Below are positions 26,301-41,300 of a stretch of 64,000 bases of DNA, in pieces. Below the pieces are notes generated by a model, which saw nothing but the letters and a program-made list of their open reading frames with translations, made no database searches and was not told where the DNA came from. Position 1 is the stretch's first letter; the number at the start of each line of letters is the position of its first letter. Source of the stretch: Mytilus edulis (Eukaryota); the NCBI RefSeq assembly GCF_963676685.1, contig NC_092355.1, forward strand, positions 23,064,001 through 23,128,000, given 5' to 3'. The position numbers and the translations under genes are program-made.

Positions 26301-29300
26301 ATGATTAAGTTTTTCACCAAATATCTTAATGGTAAGATCACTCAAATGCTAAAGAGACTTTATAATTTGGTAACTTTGTAGGGTAGACATTTTACAATTT
26401 CTTGAGCTAACATGATCAGTTTTATTTTACATTAAAGATGAGGTACCCATATGAGTCTTTATTATCAATAAGTTAATATTCTGTAGTTTAATAACCCAAT
26501 ACAGATAAATTTATAATCCTAACAAAAAAACATATTTTCATAAAATATGCAAATTAGTACACTGCAAAATAAGGAAGTTAATAGGTAATACTGATTTTAA
26601 ATTCTGATTAATTACAAAAATATTTTTACAGATTCCGTATCAGACTTTGTATGCCCAGCAGATGAAGAAGAACCAGGGGTCAACTGTACTTTTAGTAATA
26701 AAGAGGCATGCAACTATACCATAGAAAGTATTAAAGGGGATACAACCTGGCAGTTTAAAAGTTTCTCTTTATCAGGACAGAATCTACCTTCTTCTGATGT
26801 TAGTGGCAACTCTATTGGTAAGTACAAGAGATTCTCTCTAGAAATATAAATCAGACTGAGTATATAACTAAGCAATAACAGTATGAAACTACACAAAAAT
26901 TGAGTAATAACATAAAATAATGACTCAACTCGGCAATTACAGTATTGAATATAAAAAAGAAGAAATGGTATGGGTTCAACAATGAGCAAAGCCCATACAG
27001 CATAGTCAGTTATGAAATGCCCCGAAAAACAAATTCAAAAACTGAGTACACATTAATTCAGTTATAATGGATAACAATCTAAAATATCCATCTTCCTGTC
27101 TTTGATATGTATTACCAGTAAAATGCATTTGTGACTGTCAATTTGTCAATTGAAGACAGCAACTCTTCAACTACAGTACTCATGATCATTCCTTTTAAAT
27201 TTCAGAGTTTTGCTTTATTTTGCACTTTAAATTTATAGGTACTGCAAAATATTGTAGATAAGTATATAGGTAGACTACCTATTACAAATTTAGTAATTTC
27301 ATGGTAACATTACTTTTTGACACTGAAATATTTTTTGAAAATCAATTCAAGTAGAGTATTTTACCTATTAGAATAAAAAATGAAAATAAACAAATCCTTC
27401 AGGCAAAACGTTAAGTAGAATCCGTATACTGGTAACATATAAGAAAATTATTAAAAGATAATAACTGTTTCAATTCATCACTTTTACTAATATATATATG
27501 GCACTCACACCACATCTTCCTTATATCTATATCTATATATATTTTTAAGACAGATAGATAGATTTTTTTGAATTTAAAGTTGAGCTTGGTACATTTACAT
27601 GAAAGACAATATATTACAATTTTAAACATATGCAGTCAATAAGCATTTATATTTATATTTTTATGTATAGGATATTTCTACTACCAGAATAAAAATGGAA
27701 ATGAAGGAGATTCAGCCAGACTCCTGTCACCAAAATTTACATCTTCTTCCATGTCAACATTACAATTTTACGCCTACTTTGATGGCAGCGATGTAGGTTC
27801 TCTACAAGTTTCCTCAGTAAATGGCAATGGTCAGAGATCTTCATTATGGAAGAGAGAGGGTGAACAAGATGAAGGATGGCTTATGTCCTGTGTACCCCTT
27901 GCACAGGAAGGAGATTTGTTGCTGGAGTTTGTAGCATCCCGGAGCAGCGGTGATGATGCAGTGATTGCTGTTGATAATGTGACAGTGTCAGATGAACCAT
28001 GTCATTGTAAGATTATATTTATAGATTATCATTGGTCATCTCAACGAGATTGATTTTCTCGTTTGAGCTGGTACTGCAACGAGTTGAGATGACTAATGAT
28101 AATCTGTTTATTGCTATTTAACCTATGACACCATTGTTAATTTCATTGACAACAGTATGTGTGCCCTTAGTTTCTAGAGATAATTTTTCATATCACTCAT
28201 CTGTGCTTAGAAAAGAAATTATCAGTCAGTAAAATCAAAGTACAAATTCATAAAATAGTGGTTATCAAAATAATATTGATTTTTTTTTTACGATAATGGC
28301 ATAAAACATTCTGGTTATATTTCGGCTCAGTTTTTTTTAACAATTGCATATATTGCATTATAACGGATGGTTGATTTTTCAAATACACCTTTTTGTGAAA
28401 TGCAAAAACTAAATCAAGTCAAAATGTCTTGAAGATGTAGAGTAGTTACTTGTTCATTTTATTAATTTTTGCATCCATAAGTCTTCATTCTTTAAATTAT
28501 TCAAAGAAAACCTAGATAATTACTTTAAAGTAGACACAATGTAAAATATTTTTTAACAAGCATACTTCAGGTGTTGGTTCACTTATAGCATTACAAGCAT
28601 AAAAAAAGTTTAAATTTGTGGTTATTTTTATCCATGAAGTTATAGTATATGTTTTAATCATAATTTACAGTTGGAATATCAGAAGAGAAATGTCGATTTG
28701 ACCAACCATTTATCTGTGGCTACAGTGTAAACTGTACTTGTACACTTCCATCACACACTTATAAGTGGATCAGACATAGTGGACCAACAATGTCGAAACA
28801 GACTGGACCAGACTCAGACAGTGATGGTACTGTATAGCTAGCTTTAATCACAATACAGTAGAAACATTAATTTTTAGAAGTGTGAAAAAATTGTGGTTTT
28901 GTCTCTATAAGATTTTTTAGGGATTTAGTTGTGTGGTTTCCATTAAATGGAAGTGATATTATATTAAGGTTACATTTTTGTGGAGTTTTTAATTTCGTGG
29001 ATATATTCTTTCCACAAAAAAAACCCACAAAATTGTCAAATCCTCCACTGCTTTTACAGTAGTTATAAGTTAAAGATGTTAACATTATGATAGACAATTA
29101 AAAGGCCTATCAGAATCATTTTATGTTAGTTCTATACCCAATTTTTTTTTCAACTCAATTACCTGAGCTATAATCCATTGCATAAGAAATTTTTAAATTT
29201 TGAATGAATTTTTATTTTTGAAAGTTAAAAATATCTGTATATTTCAGGATATTATATGTATGCTGAAGCAACATATGGTAGCCTTGATGATGCAACAGCC

Positions 29301-32300
29301 TTAACCTTCCCAGAATTCAAAGCAACAGAAAGTCAGAAACTTCAGTTTAAATATCATATGTATGGTAATGATACAGGCACATTATTGGTTCAAGCCAAAG
29401 ATAAGGGAGATAATTCTCTTACAACAGTCTGGACTTTAACTGGTCCCCAGTTGGATGATTGGAAACAGGTTTGCATGCCACTTACTATACCAGCTGGCAA
29501 AGATGTAGAATTAACTTTTGTAGCAGTCCATGGAGATGGTCCCCTTGGTGACATTGCTATAGATGATGTTCTAGTAACAGAGGAAGATTGTCCTCGTAAG
29601 TTTGTTTTCAAATTATTTTTAAAGACCTTTTCTTGTCAAACTAGCTGTGAATAAATAGTCCTTGATAAAATTGATTTTTATGCCCACCCTACGATACCAC
29701 CTACGACAGTAGAGGTGCATTATGTTTTCTGGTCTGTGCGTCCATTTGTCCGTCCATCCATTCGTCCGTCCCTTCGCTCGTCCGTCTGTCCCACTTCAGG
29801 TTTAAGTTTTTGGTCAAGGTAGTTTTTGATGAAGTTGAAGTCCAATCGACTTCAAACTTAGTACACATTTTCCCTATGATATGATCTTTCTAATTTTAAT
29901 GCCAATTAGAGTTTTTACCCCAATGTCAGGGTCCATTGAACATAGAAAATGATATTGCGAGTGGGGCATTCATGTACTGGGGACACATTCTTGTTTTTTA
30001 TACTTTAAAAAAAAAAAAACTATGGTATTAGCTGCATCAGATAGAAATTGTCCTTATGCAAATGAGTATAAATACATGTGTTAACTTATTTTGGGTTCAA
30101 AAACTCACCTGGCAAAGTCTGTAACTTTTATGAAATTTTGTTGATAAAAAAAACAATTTTACGATTAATGAAAAAACAGCCAAAGAGACTAAAGTTAATC
30201 TTTTATGTTGTATTTAAATGTTCCAAAGACTTGTAAATGAACATATCTATACTTTTAAATGAGTAGACTTCATTTTGTGTGTCACTTCTCTTCCTTTCTT
30301 AATAAATTGATCATTATAACTCTGAGTCCTATAGGTACCATGTATAGTCTATTTGTCATCCTTGCTTATGATTATTCAGTTTGGGTTATTTTGGTAGAAA
30401 AACAATAATAATGACGTCTGGATATTGTTTCCCCCACTGGACAGACTTTAAAGTCATTATGAGACTTACGTTCTGGGCTGTTTTACCTATACTAATTCTT
30501 AATACAGATACTTAAAACCTATGATTATCAATATCAGAATGTTGAAAGATAGCTTGAATCTGTTCGTATGGAAATCTTAAAATTTAAAAAACACATAATA
30601 TTAGCTTGGAAAAAAACACCTTTTTGCTCAAAGAAATATCATTCATTAAATATTGGAGGACATTTAAAATTCAGTGATTTTTATGAAAAATTTTTGTTTT
30701 GACTAGACTTAATTTAGATTTTTCATAAATAGAATGAGTTGTCTTTGTAATGAAAGTATGTTTAATAAATGGACAAATATACATTTTCTTTATGTAATTT
30801 CAGATCTTGCTTCATGTGACTTTTCCTATGGGTCATGTGGTTATCTTGTTACCTGGAATGATTACAATGTGAAGTGGGTCAGAGGTCAAGTTAATGGTGT
30901 TCCAAATAATGCCATTGCAGGTAAAATATAACAATGTTTTGGTTGTTAAAACAGACTTATATGTAAAAAAATAAATGTGAAAATATCTACTTTTTCCGAA
31001 AAATGTTCATGTTTTCACATAAGAGAAGATTCAACTTTGACCTATTTTGCTGACAATTTGTATTTACATTATTTTCTTATTGCAAAGGGTGGTTAAATAT
31101 GCTGCTGGAAAATATGAGTTGGATTTTAGTGTATAGGGACAAAGTGAATAAGTTAACAAGCATACTAAATTTATACTCTTTCCAAAATTGTATTTAACAT
31201 TGGAAAAATTAGACTTTTAAAAAAGTTTATTTATTTCAGGAAGTTACTTTTATGCTACAAGTGACAGTTCAAAAGAAGGTAGTCAGACTTATCTTTTCAC
31301 AAAATTTTTCAAAGCTTATGGTACAGAGAGTGTTACATTAGACTATTTGAACTCGCGTTATACAAAATTTGAAGTTGGATGGATTAGTGAATCTGGTAAT
31401 ACTACAATGAGAAGCATAGAATATAGTGACATCAATATTTTATGGACCACAACTAGTCAAGCTGATCAGTGGTCAAAGAAATGTATAAGTTTGGGTGCCG
31501 TGACCGGGAATATAGCAATAGTATATGTACATACAACTACTGTTTGGAACACTCAGATAACTGCTGTGGATAATGTTGAAGTATCAACAGGTGGTTGTAA
31601 TGGTAAGTTTTGAGCTAGCAACAATCATCAGTTCAATGTTAAACTGTTATAAATAATTTAATATTTAACATAATTATTTAATTTTAAATACAAGTGCTGA
31701 TCATTAATTTATGAATTGCACATAAATAATTTAATATTTAACATAATTATTTAATTTTAAATACAAGTGCTGATCATTAATTTATGAATTGCATACATGA
31801 ACATGAAGAAATTGACTAAATGCCATATATATGTTATAAGTGAGAATCAAAGCATTGTATATTTCAAATCAGCCTTATTTACCTATTTACAATCACTCAT
31901 CTAATGTTTTTTTTATTGTAGATGGTATTTATGAATCTGTATGTGGATTTGATCCCTCTGATTTGTGTGGATATGATATCATCACACCAGATAACTGTCC
32001 CACAGTATATACATACAGATGGACTGTTAACAACACTAATAGTGGTAAGTATGAATCATGGGAAATATCTGTTTAAAAAAAGAATATGCCTTTTCAGAAT
32101 CTGAAGGACTATGGGTAATCTCATTGATCCTACACCAAAATAAAAGTTAGGTCATTTGTTGAATTTCCATTGTTTATCATGTTTTAAACCAATCACAACC
32201 TTTTGATGTTTGCTTTTAAAAATATAACCCAGAATGCATTAGATTCTGAAACGTGAATTGTTGTACTCTTTAAAGTACTTGAATCTAACATCTTTTTAAG

Positions 32301-35300
32301 GGTCAGGGACAGAAGACTTGATGATAAATAGTTGGTGTGTGGTTGTTTGCTGATGAAATGTATTGAAATTATAATGAGTTACAAGATTTACATTTATGTT
32401 GATGTTTGAGGATGGGGTGGAAAGCTCTGACAAAAAAACTAATGTACCGGTATATCAAAAAGGATAATATTTGGATTACCAATGAGATAACTATTTATGA
32501 TTTGATTTCAGATAATGTTTTGGTTGCCAATGGATCACTAGGAGAGGACGGGGATACAGCAATGGTAGAATTTCCCAGTATCACCATATCCTCCACCATA
32601 TACTTACATTTCAAATATATGATAGGCAATTGGAACAGTGCTCAAAACCTGATGTATTCCATCAGTAAAGATGGAGATTTTACATCAGTTATGACAACGA
32701 GGCCAATACTAGCTGCATGGCAGTCATACTGTGTCAGTGTACCATCTCCAGGGGAGGTAACTCTGAAATTTAAGGCTGACAAAACTCAAATGAATAACCA
32801 TACTGATGTATCTATTGATGATGTTGTGTTGTCAGCTAAAACCTGTCCAGGTAAGTTATTACTGTAAATTGGGTTATTTTCTGGTTAGGTTTTGCTCAGA
32901 GTTTGTGCCTTAGATAGGACAGCCGAAAATCTTTGCTATGTTCATTATTCATTTTTATGGTCTTTAAGGTGGTACCCAACACTTTTGCTAAAATTAATTT
33001 GGCTCGTTTAATTTTCATAAAATTTTGACAAAGTATTTACTTTGACATTTTAACAAAAATATAAAAATTTCAAAACTTTTGAACCAACCGTTTTGTCAGA
33101 AAAAATACACTGGTTATATAGCAGTTTGACAAACACTAATTTTGATCATTGAGAAGCTTAATATTTCCCTAACAACACAACGTAATTAAAACGTTTAGCT
33201 GATTTTACAGAGTTATCTCCCTGTAGTGTTGGGTACCACCTTAACAACGAAATTAAAATCCTCCTGAAGAGTAATTTTTCACAGATAAAGGTCTATATAA
33301 GACACATGTTTAAATTGAAGTCTACGTAACAATTTGATATAAAATTAACAAATACAAAAGCACGCAGCTAAAAGTGTCAGGTGATGCTTTATAGTTTCAC
33401 ACATATTGACCCATCACAGACCTTTTTCAGAGACACAATCATCACCAGTCATTAAAATTCTATGAGTTTACTACATTACTAGACTCAATTTGGGTCAAGT
33501 TGAGCGAATTGAATTTACAAAAGAATCACCTTTTTACAATGTTTGACATAAAAGGGATGTGAAATACATGAAAACAATTTATTTACTTAGAGGTTGACAA
33601 ATTTTAGATTGAATGTAGAGGCCCAAGTTGATAGGAATGTATTTATATAAACTTATAAAAATATTTACAGTTAAATCTTTGTCCTGTGATTTTGATGACT
33701 CTGCCGTATGTGGATACTACATGTCTGATGCCTGGAAGAGAAAAGAACATGACAACAGGATGGGAGGTAAGCTTGATAGGGGGTCTCATTTGGGGGGTTC
33801 TGATTTTGATGACTCTGCCGTATGTGGATACTACATGTCTGATGCCTGGAAGAGGAAAGAACATAACAACAGGATGGGAGGTAAGATTGATAGGGGGTCT
33901 CATTTGGGGGGTTCTGATTTTGATGACTCTGCCGTATGTGGATACTACATGTCTGATGCCTGGAAGAGGAAAGAACATAACAACAGGATGGGAGGTAAGA
34001 TTGATAGGGGGTCTCATTTGGGGGGTTCTGATTTTGATGACTCTGCCGTATGTGGATACTACATGTCTGATGCCTGGAAGAGGAAAGAACATAACAACAG
34101 GATGGGAGGTAAGATTGATAGGGGGTCTCATTGGGGGGTTCTGATTTTGATGACTCTGCCGTATGTGGATACTACATGTCTGATGCCTGGAAGAGGAAAG
34201 AACATAACAACAGGATGGGAGGTAAGATTGATAGGGGGTCTCATGGGGGGGGGGGGGGGGGGGGGGTTCTGGTTATGATGACACTCTGCCGTATGTGGAT
34301 ACTACATGTCTGATGCCTGGAAGAGGAAAGAACATAACAACAGGATGGGAGGTAAGATTGATAGGGGGTCTCATTGGGGGTTCTAATTTTGATGACTCTG
34401 CCGTATGTGGATACTACATGTCTGATGCCTGGAAGAGAAAAGAACATAACAACAGGATGGGAGGTAAGCTTGATATAGGCTTTATGCAAATTATACGCCT
34501 GTCTAAATATAGAGAATACTGACGATTCATTTATTTTTGTGGGTACCGATTTATTGGATTAAGCAAAACTTACAAGTTTGTTGAATTCTTCATACAGTCC
34601 TATAAAGGAAAATATGTTATTTGTTTGACATTTAAAGGAGAAGGTTCACGAAGGGTTAAAATCAGCCCTGATTTTTTTGTGTTTTTTAAATCGGGCCAAG
34701 AAATTACAAATTTCACTCAAAAATACTTGTGATAATACCATTAAGACAAAAATATTTTTTTCTGACACTTTCCTTTACAATTTATGGAGCTATGACCCCT
34801 TCAATAAACATAATTTGTATTAAAAGGTCAATTTTGGTACTTTTTCTCATAATTTTAATTGTTTTTGGCATAATTAACCTTGGCCGCCATCTACGATCCA
34901 AAAAGTTTTTATATTGATGAAATCTATATCAAAATTGGGATCTTTTGGTGACAACACATTTTGGATCGTAGGTGGCTGCCAAGGTGTTTCTAAAGCTTAT
35001 AGGTCTGAAAAATGCACAAAATCATTATATTTTGACAAAAGGTCAAAAATGGGCTTAATACTTTGGAGAATATTATGTACTCTTATGAAAAGAACTGATA
35101 TATTTAGCATATAGACTTTTGAAATATACCCATTTACGAACCAAATTGAGACCTTTTTGGTGTTTTATGATAAAGTTGATATTTTAGGCCATTTTGTGCC
35201 ATAAGGGAACCTTGTCGTTTGTGGTTCATCTGTACCTTCGAAATATACAAAAACTGGTATCCAACGAATCATAATGTATACACAGTAGACTATTTAGTGA

Positions 35301-38300
35301 TATTATTCAGTTAAAAAGTGACTGGTATATGAAATAGATTATTTTCTAATTACCAACTTTAGACTCCAGAGTTTACATTTTTTCTGCAGGTTACCTACTC
35401 TTTGGTAGGACATCCTGGTACTTGGTCAACTGTGATCAATTTCAAGAAGTAAAATCAAGCTTACAATTTGTACAATTTTGAGGGAAAAATTTCTGTTCTA
35501 TTTTTTCTATGCATGATAAAATCTTAAAAAAAACAGTAAACTTTCTAGAATATCTTTTATTTATTTGGTTTAAATCGAAAAAGATAAAACTCTTTAACAT
35601 ATATATTACAGATTTTTACATGTCAGTCACAGCCACCAGTTACACGAGATCTTTGTTAGTTTCACCAAACCACCTCGACTCGAGTAATACCCAGTGTTTA
35701 CAGTTTAATTACACGTTCACAGGGAGTTCAATTGCTCATCTTATATTGTTACTCAATAGAGAAAACTCAGAATCTACTAGAGTCATCTTACAAGGAACCA
35801 GTACATGGAAGAGCTTCCGTTACCAGATAGAGGAACAGTTTGATTTCATTAATTTTGAGTTAGCTCCCTTTTCAATGAGTTCTTCCCGTATTGAAACAGC
35901 TGGAGTTGATAATATATTTATTTCACCAGGAATTTGTCCCCCTATTGGTGAGTTGTATTGAAAATTGATAAGAAAAGTTATTTCCTCAAACACAAACATC
36001 ATAATAATTTGTTTAATTGAGCTCAGGTTGCAAGCTAGCTTTTCTATTTTAATCTTTGATTGCAGATAATTCAATTTTTTTTTAGAGCATTTATTATTGT
36101 GATTTATAATTGAAAATGCTGCATAAAAATATGAAATATGAAATGCTGTCTTCCCTTGGGAACAGTTCAGAATGGTGAACAATCAATTTTTTCATGTAAA
36201 TTTCACAAAATCCTATTGTAGAGCCCATTTTAACATCACAATTTTGCAATCGTGACAAGGGATCAAAATTGTGTAAGATGGCAGGTATAGAATGATATAT
36301 GATATACAAATTCTTTGGTCAAAATATTCTCTTCTACACCTGGGCTCATTTAGCATCAAATAGCAAATAAACAAAACAATGTCTTGAAAATCTGACTAAA
36401 GAAAACATAATCATATATTTTTACAGTTTGTGATGCTGATGAACATAGATGTGCTTCTAACCTCCAATGTATCCCACAATCCTCTGTTTGTGATGGTATT
36501 AAAAATTGTAATGATGGAAGTGACGAAAAATCTTGTGGTGAGTGTTATTTCTTTTTAGAACATCCTTTGGAATGACCAGGTTGTACTTATACGTCTCGAA
36601 CATGATAGTAAGAGTTGCCAAGAACAGTAGTTCCTTAAATAATTATATTGATTTATCTGCACCAATATATCAAAGAGTGGGAAAAAATTAACCTTTATTT
36701 TGTGATTATTTTAATAATTCTAGCAAATAAATTTCAGCACCAATATTTCACAGTGTTCAAGACTTTTTTAAATTAAAAAGAATCCAAGCACCTTGCTATA
36801 GCTGATTTAATATACTGTGATAAAGATGTTATAAAGAAAGCTAGCAACATCAGGACATGGACCATTAATTATGTGCTAACAGTTATCTCCCCTGAAACTA
36901 AATTATCTCCCCTTTATTTATCCTATGTAATTTTTTTGATTTCAGATTCCTCCATCTCGTGTGATTTTGAATCTGCTCGGGCTTGTGAATACAACATAAC
37001 AGGCAATTATATCATCAGGGTCAATGATTCAAGTAAGTAGGAATATTTATTATATAGTATTCAGTTTTAGATATCATTGTATTTTAAAATAAATGAATAA
37101 ATAACTTATTCTCCATAAAAAAAATCCGAATATTAAGCCCATTTGATTAATACACAGTACATAAACTGCATTTATCTCTAGTTATGATTAAAAGAAGAAG
37201 TGGTTTTAGTTATCCAACTACACACCAAGTCTATCTTTATTTGTAGTTTATGTGATTCCCTGAGCGACGTTTTCACTCTGTTTGTATATACTAAGTTGTA
37301 TAACAAGATAAAAACACAATACCCTATTATTTATACATCAATAAAACATAAAACAAAAAAGCAAAAAACACACATAATCTAAAGACATCTAGGAGTTCAT
37401 TCAGAGATGATTTTCATTGAAAAAAAAGTAAACTATCATAGGTCAATTAAAGTACAGCCTTCAACATAGAGCCTTAGCTCACATCGAAAATATTATGAAG
37501 GTCCCAAAATGACTAGTGTAAAACCATTCAAACAGGAAAACCAATATTCAAAACTATCTGAAGAAACAAGATACATCTCACATCAACAAATTAAAACAAA
37601 AATGTAAAATTTTATTCCTATTGGAATTTCTTTTCAAAAATCTTTATAACAAATCTCAAAGTATCTGTCCATTTTTCAACAATTGCAATAATAAATGCAT
37701 GTGAAAACTTCTGAATGTACAGTATTAAAACTGAAGTTTAAGTTTCTTAAATAATGTGAGAATTTAATCTATCCTTATTTATATTTTCAGGTGGCAATCA
37801 TCACATATATATCTCCATGGCTGGCTTCCACTTACTACGCTCTCCAATGGAATATATACCTACCGTTTCTTGTCTTTCATTCTTGACCCAGTCCTATCCT
37901 TTTACCAATGGTCACTTGAGAGTGACACTCCAAGATACAGATGGTCTTGTTTCACCATTGTATACAATCAATAGCATGATTGGAAGTGCATTCTGGGTAA
38001 AGTACAAGACTACTGTTCCAAGTGGAAATTTCAGTGTGATATTTGAGACATTTTTCCCGTCCAATAATTATGGAGGTTTACGAATTGATGATATTGTTTT
38101 ACAGCCAGGGGAATGCATGGAAGGTAAGTTAATAGGTTCTTTCAAAAAGTTTTTCCAAATAAGTATTTTGACTATGATTTCAACAAGGTAGTTTAAAATG
38201 AAATTGATGTATTTAAAAAAAATGTGGTGCCAATGAGACAACTCCACAAGAGACCAAATGACACAGAAATTAACAACTATAGGTCACTGTACAGCCTTCA

Positions 38301-41300
38301 AAAATGAGCAAAGCCAATACCGCATTATCAGATATTAAAGGTCCCAAAATAACAAATGTAAAACAATTCAAACAAGAAAATTTGACTCTTAGTACATGTA
38401 TATATGATGTTCATTATGGTGTGAGCTTTTAAATTTATGTGCTGTATTAGTGTTTAAACTGATTTTATTATTCCCTGAACATGGGGAGAAAATGAGAAGA
38501 TGCAGTGGGGCAATCAAATACTAAATGTCTTATAATAGCAGACAACAACAAAGAAAAAAAAGGAAAAACAAGAATAACAAAAAGCATTGCACAGAAAAAG
38601 TGTTGAAAATCTGATAGTGAGCAGAGCATGATTTCCCCCAAGGACATATGCTAATGTTTTATTATTTTTTGAATAACATGAAGAATTTTACATTTTTGTA
38701 GTGAAGTATAAAAAAAAAGGTGAGTTTTTTTATGCTTGCATGCAGCCTGAAATAAGTTTGCTATATTTGTATAATTGCAGGTTGTGGAGATGGATATTTT
38801 AACTGTTCCATGGATGACCTTTGTATACCTCAGGAGAATGTATGTGATAAACAGTGGACATGCTCTGATGGACAGGATGAACAAAACTGTGGTAAGATAA
38901 CAGATTTGTAAGGAATATTTAGTAGGGATGACTAGCTTTTTTTGGGGTAAGAAATGTAGGAGTTTGAAAAAGTGATTTTAGAAATATTGTTCCTTATTAT
39001 TTTCTTTAGATTCAGATTTGCAAGTTGAATATTTTGCACTCATTTCTTTACAAAACTTGTTTAACTGTAAAAATAAAGCTATAATGTTGTTTCTTACATC
39101 ATTTTTATGATATTTTTTTTACTTTGATTTTTTTTTTTAATTATTGTTTTAAACATGTCCTTTATTTCATTACATAAAAAGTATTGTAATTTATTTTACT
39201 TATTTATTAATCTTTACACAATACAGTATTTCTGACATTAAAATTAAGTTTCATGATTTAAAAAAGAAAAGTTTAATTAACTGATTTATATGAAATTCAT
39301 TTTGAAAATATAGAGATATTTTATCTACAGACCAAGACCAACAGTAACTTAAATCATTTGATCTTTTTTTTCAGACTATAGTATAAGTTGTACTTTTGAA
39401 GAAGAACACATGTGTGAATATGATATTGGTTCATGGACAAAGAGATCCAGTGTTATTGATCCAGACTTTTATCTGGAGGATCACACCTTTCACAATTCTT
39501 CTCATACAGGTAAATTTAGATCTAATTAAAAATATGTGGTATGATTGCCAATGAGACAGCTCTACATTACCATTCTGGAACATCCTAAATGATACTGAAT
39601 TGAGTCCAGAAGGATAAAAAGAACTATCTTTAAAAAAGTTATCTGACGTATTTAAATTTAAGTATATGTTTAAAACTATCATTTCGATAACCTTCAGAAG
39701 CACAAAGATACCATTTAAATAACGTTTTCTCTGTTTGTGTTCAGTATTCTCGGTCCTTGTATCTTTCTGTTTACATTCACCAAAACCCAGCAGAAATCTC
39801 ACATGCGTAGGTGCGTTCTAAAAGTCATGTACGTTTGTACAACAAAGTTTACATTAAAAATTATATAATTGTCCCAAATAAACAGCTATCATGGATGCAA
39901 AGAGCTATTGGAGAAACAATTATTCTAATAAAAATATAAATTTTGTAAGATCTAGTTCAAATATTAATAGTTTTTTACTTGCTTTCCATCACCATATAAT
40001 TAACGAGACGTTTTTTCAAACACAACCAAATCACCCACCATGACAGCATTTTGTCCAATCACAGAAAGGATTTTCGAGCATGCGTATTCTGTTGCCATAG
40101 TTAAGCGTCCTTAAGTTCAAAGGGCACAAACCGAAACTATACCGACTACATCCGAAAAAGTTAGGGGGGGGGGGGGGAACAAATGTGGTTATGGCCTAAT
40201 GGGAAAACTTACTAAATGCTTTTGTAGGGTAGTTGGCTATTACAAATCACCATTTAATTAATCACAGTTTCTGGTAAAATAGTGTCAAAGTATGTTAAAT
40301 CATTTTGTTTTTATATTTAGACTAAAGAAAAACATAAGGTACTTGATAAAAAAGCATGCCTCTGGGTGCAGGATTTTTCTGCTTTGAAGACCCATGGGTG
40401 GCCTTTTGTTGGTGTCTGCTCTTTGATCAGGTTGTTGTCTCTTTGACATAATTCCCACTTCCATTCTAAATTTTAGTTTAACAAAAATATCAAAACTTTA
40501 TAAGTATGTGTGACTTTTTTCAGGATCCTTTATGTACACTGGAGATTTGGATGGATTGTATGAAGACAAAGAAATGAATTCTCCCTACCTCCAAACTAAT
40601 AATCCAATGTGTGTAGAATTTTTCTATATTGTTTTCCGACCTCATGAATATTCATCAGCAATTTTGACAGTTCATCAGAACACTTCTAACATGAACAATG
40701 AAGTGTTTTCATTGGTTGAATATCGGACAGATGTTAACATTCAATGGCAGAGAGGTCAATTTCCTGTAGCTGCTGGTGTGTTTAGTTTGAGGTTTACCGC
40801 TGAAGGTCATAGGTCAGTGGTAGCTATTGACGATGTTCTGTTATATAATGGAAGCTGTTCAGGTTAGTAATAATTTGTATTTTATATCAACATGAATCTA
40901 AATTCTAAAATGCAACACAGTTTGTAATGTTCATTTTGATTGGATAACATCACCAATTCTTATGTCATCAATTTACTATCGATGCCATGAAAATGTACGC
41001 CCAAGCGCAAACAAAGTACGATAGATTTTAAATGATTTGACGTGATATGGGTATAACAATATTGTGTTTTTAGCTCCAACGGCATCAGAAAACTCAATTT
41101 GCAACCATCACATCTAGGCCCGTAGCCAGGAATTTCCAAGGGGGGGTTCGTTGGACTCATGAACTCGACTTTAACAGTCACAATTTGAACAAAACCTTGA
41201 CTTTAACAGTGCTTATTTGATTTCAAGGGGGGGTTTGTCCGAACACCCATAACCCCCCCTGGCTACAGGTATGACATCACCAATTGATGCCGCCTGAGCT

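Noticed and set aside
32093-32250. Intronic similarity with 57298-57470 as a conserved regulatory element or trace of exon duplication
   Set aside because: The two copies follow non-equivalent exons; a decayed dispersed repeat is the simpler explanation.
33643-34313. Overlapping long ORFs in other frames and on the minus strand
   Set aside because: Artefact of a stop-poor 114-bp tandem repeat.
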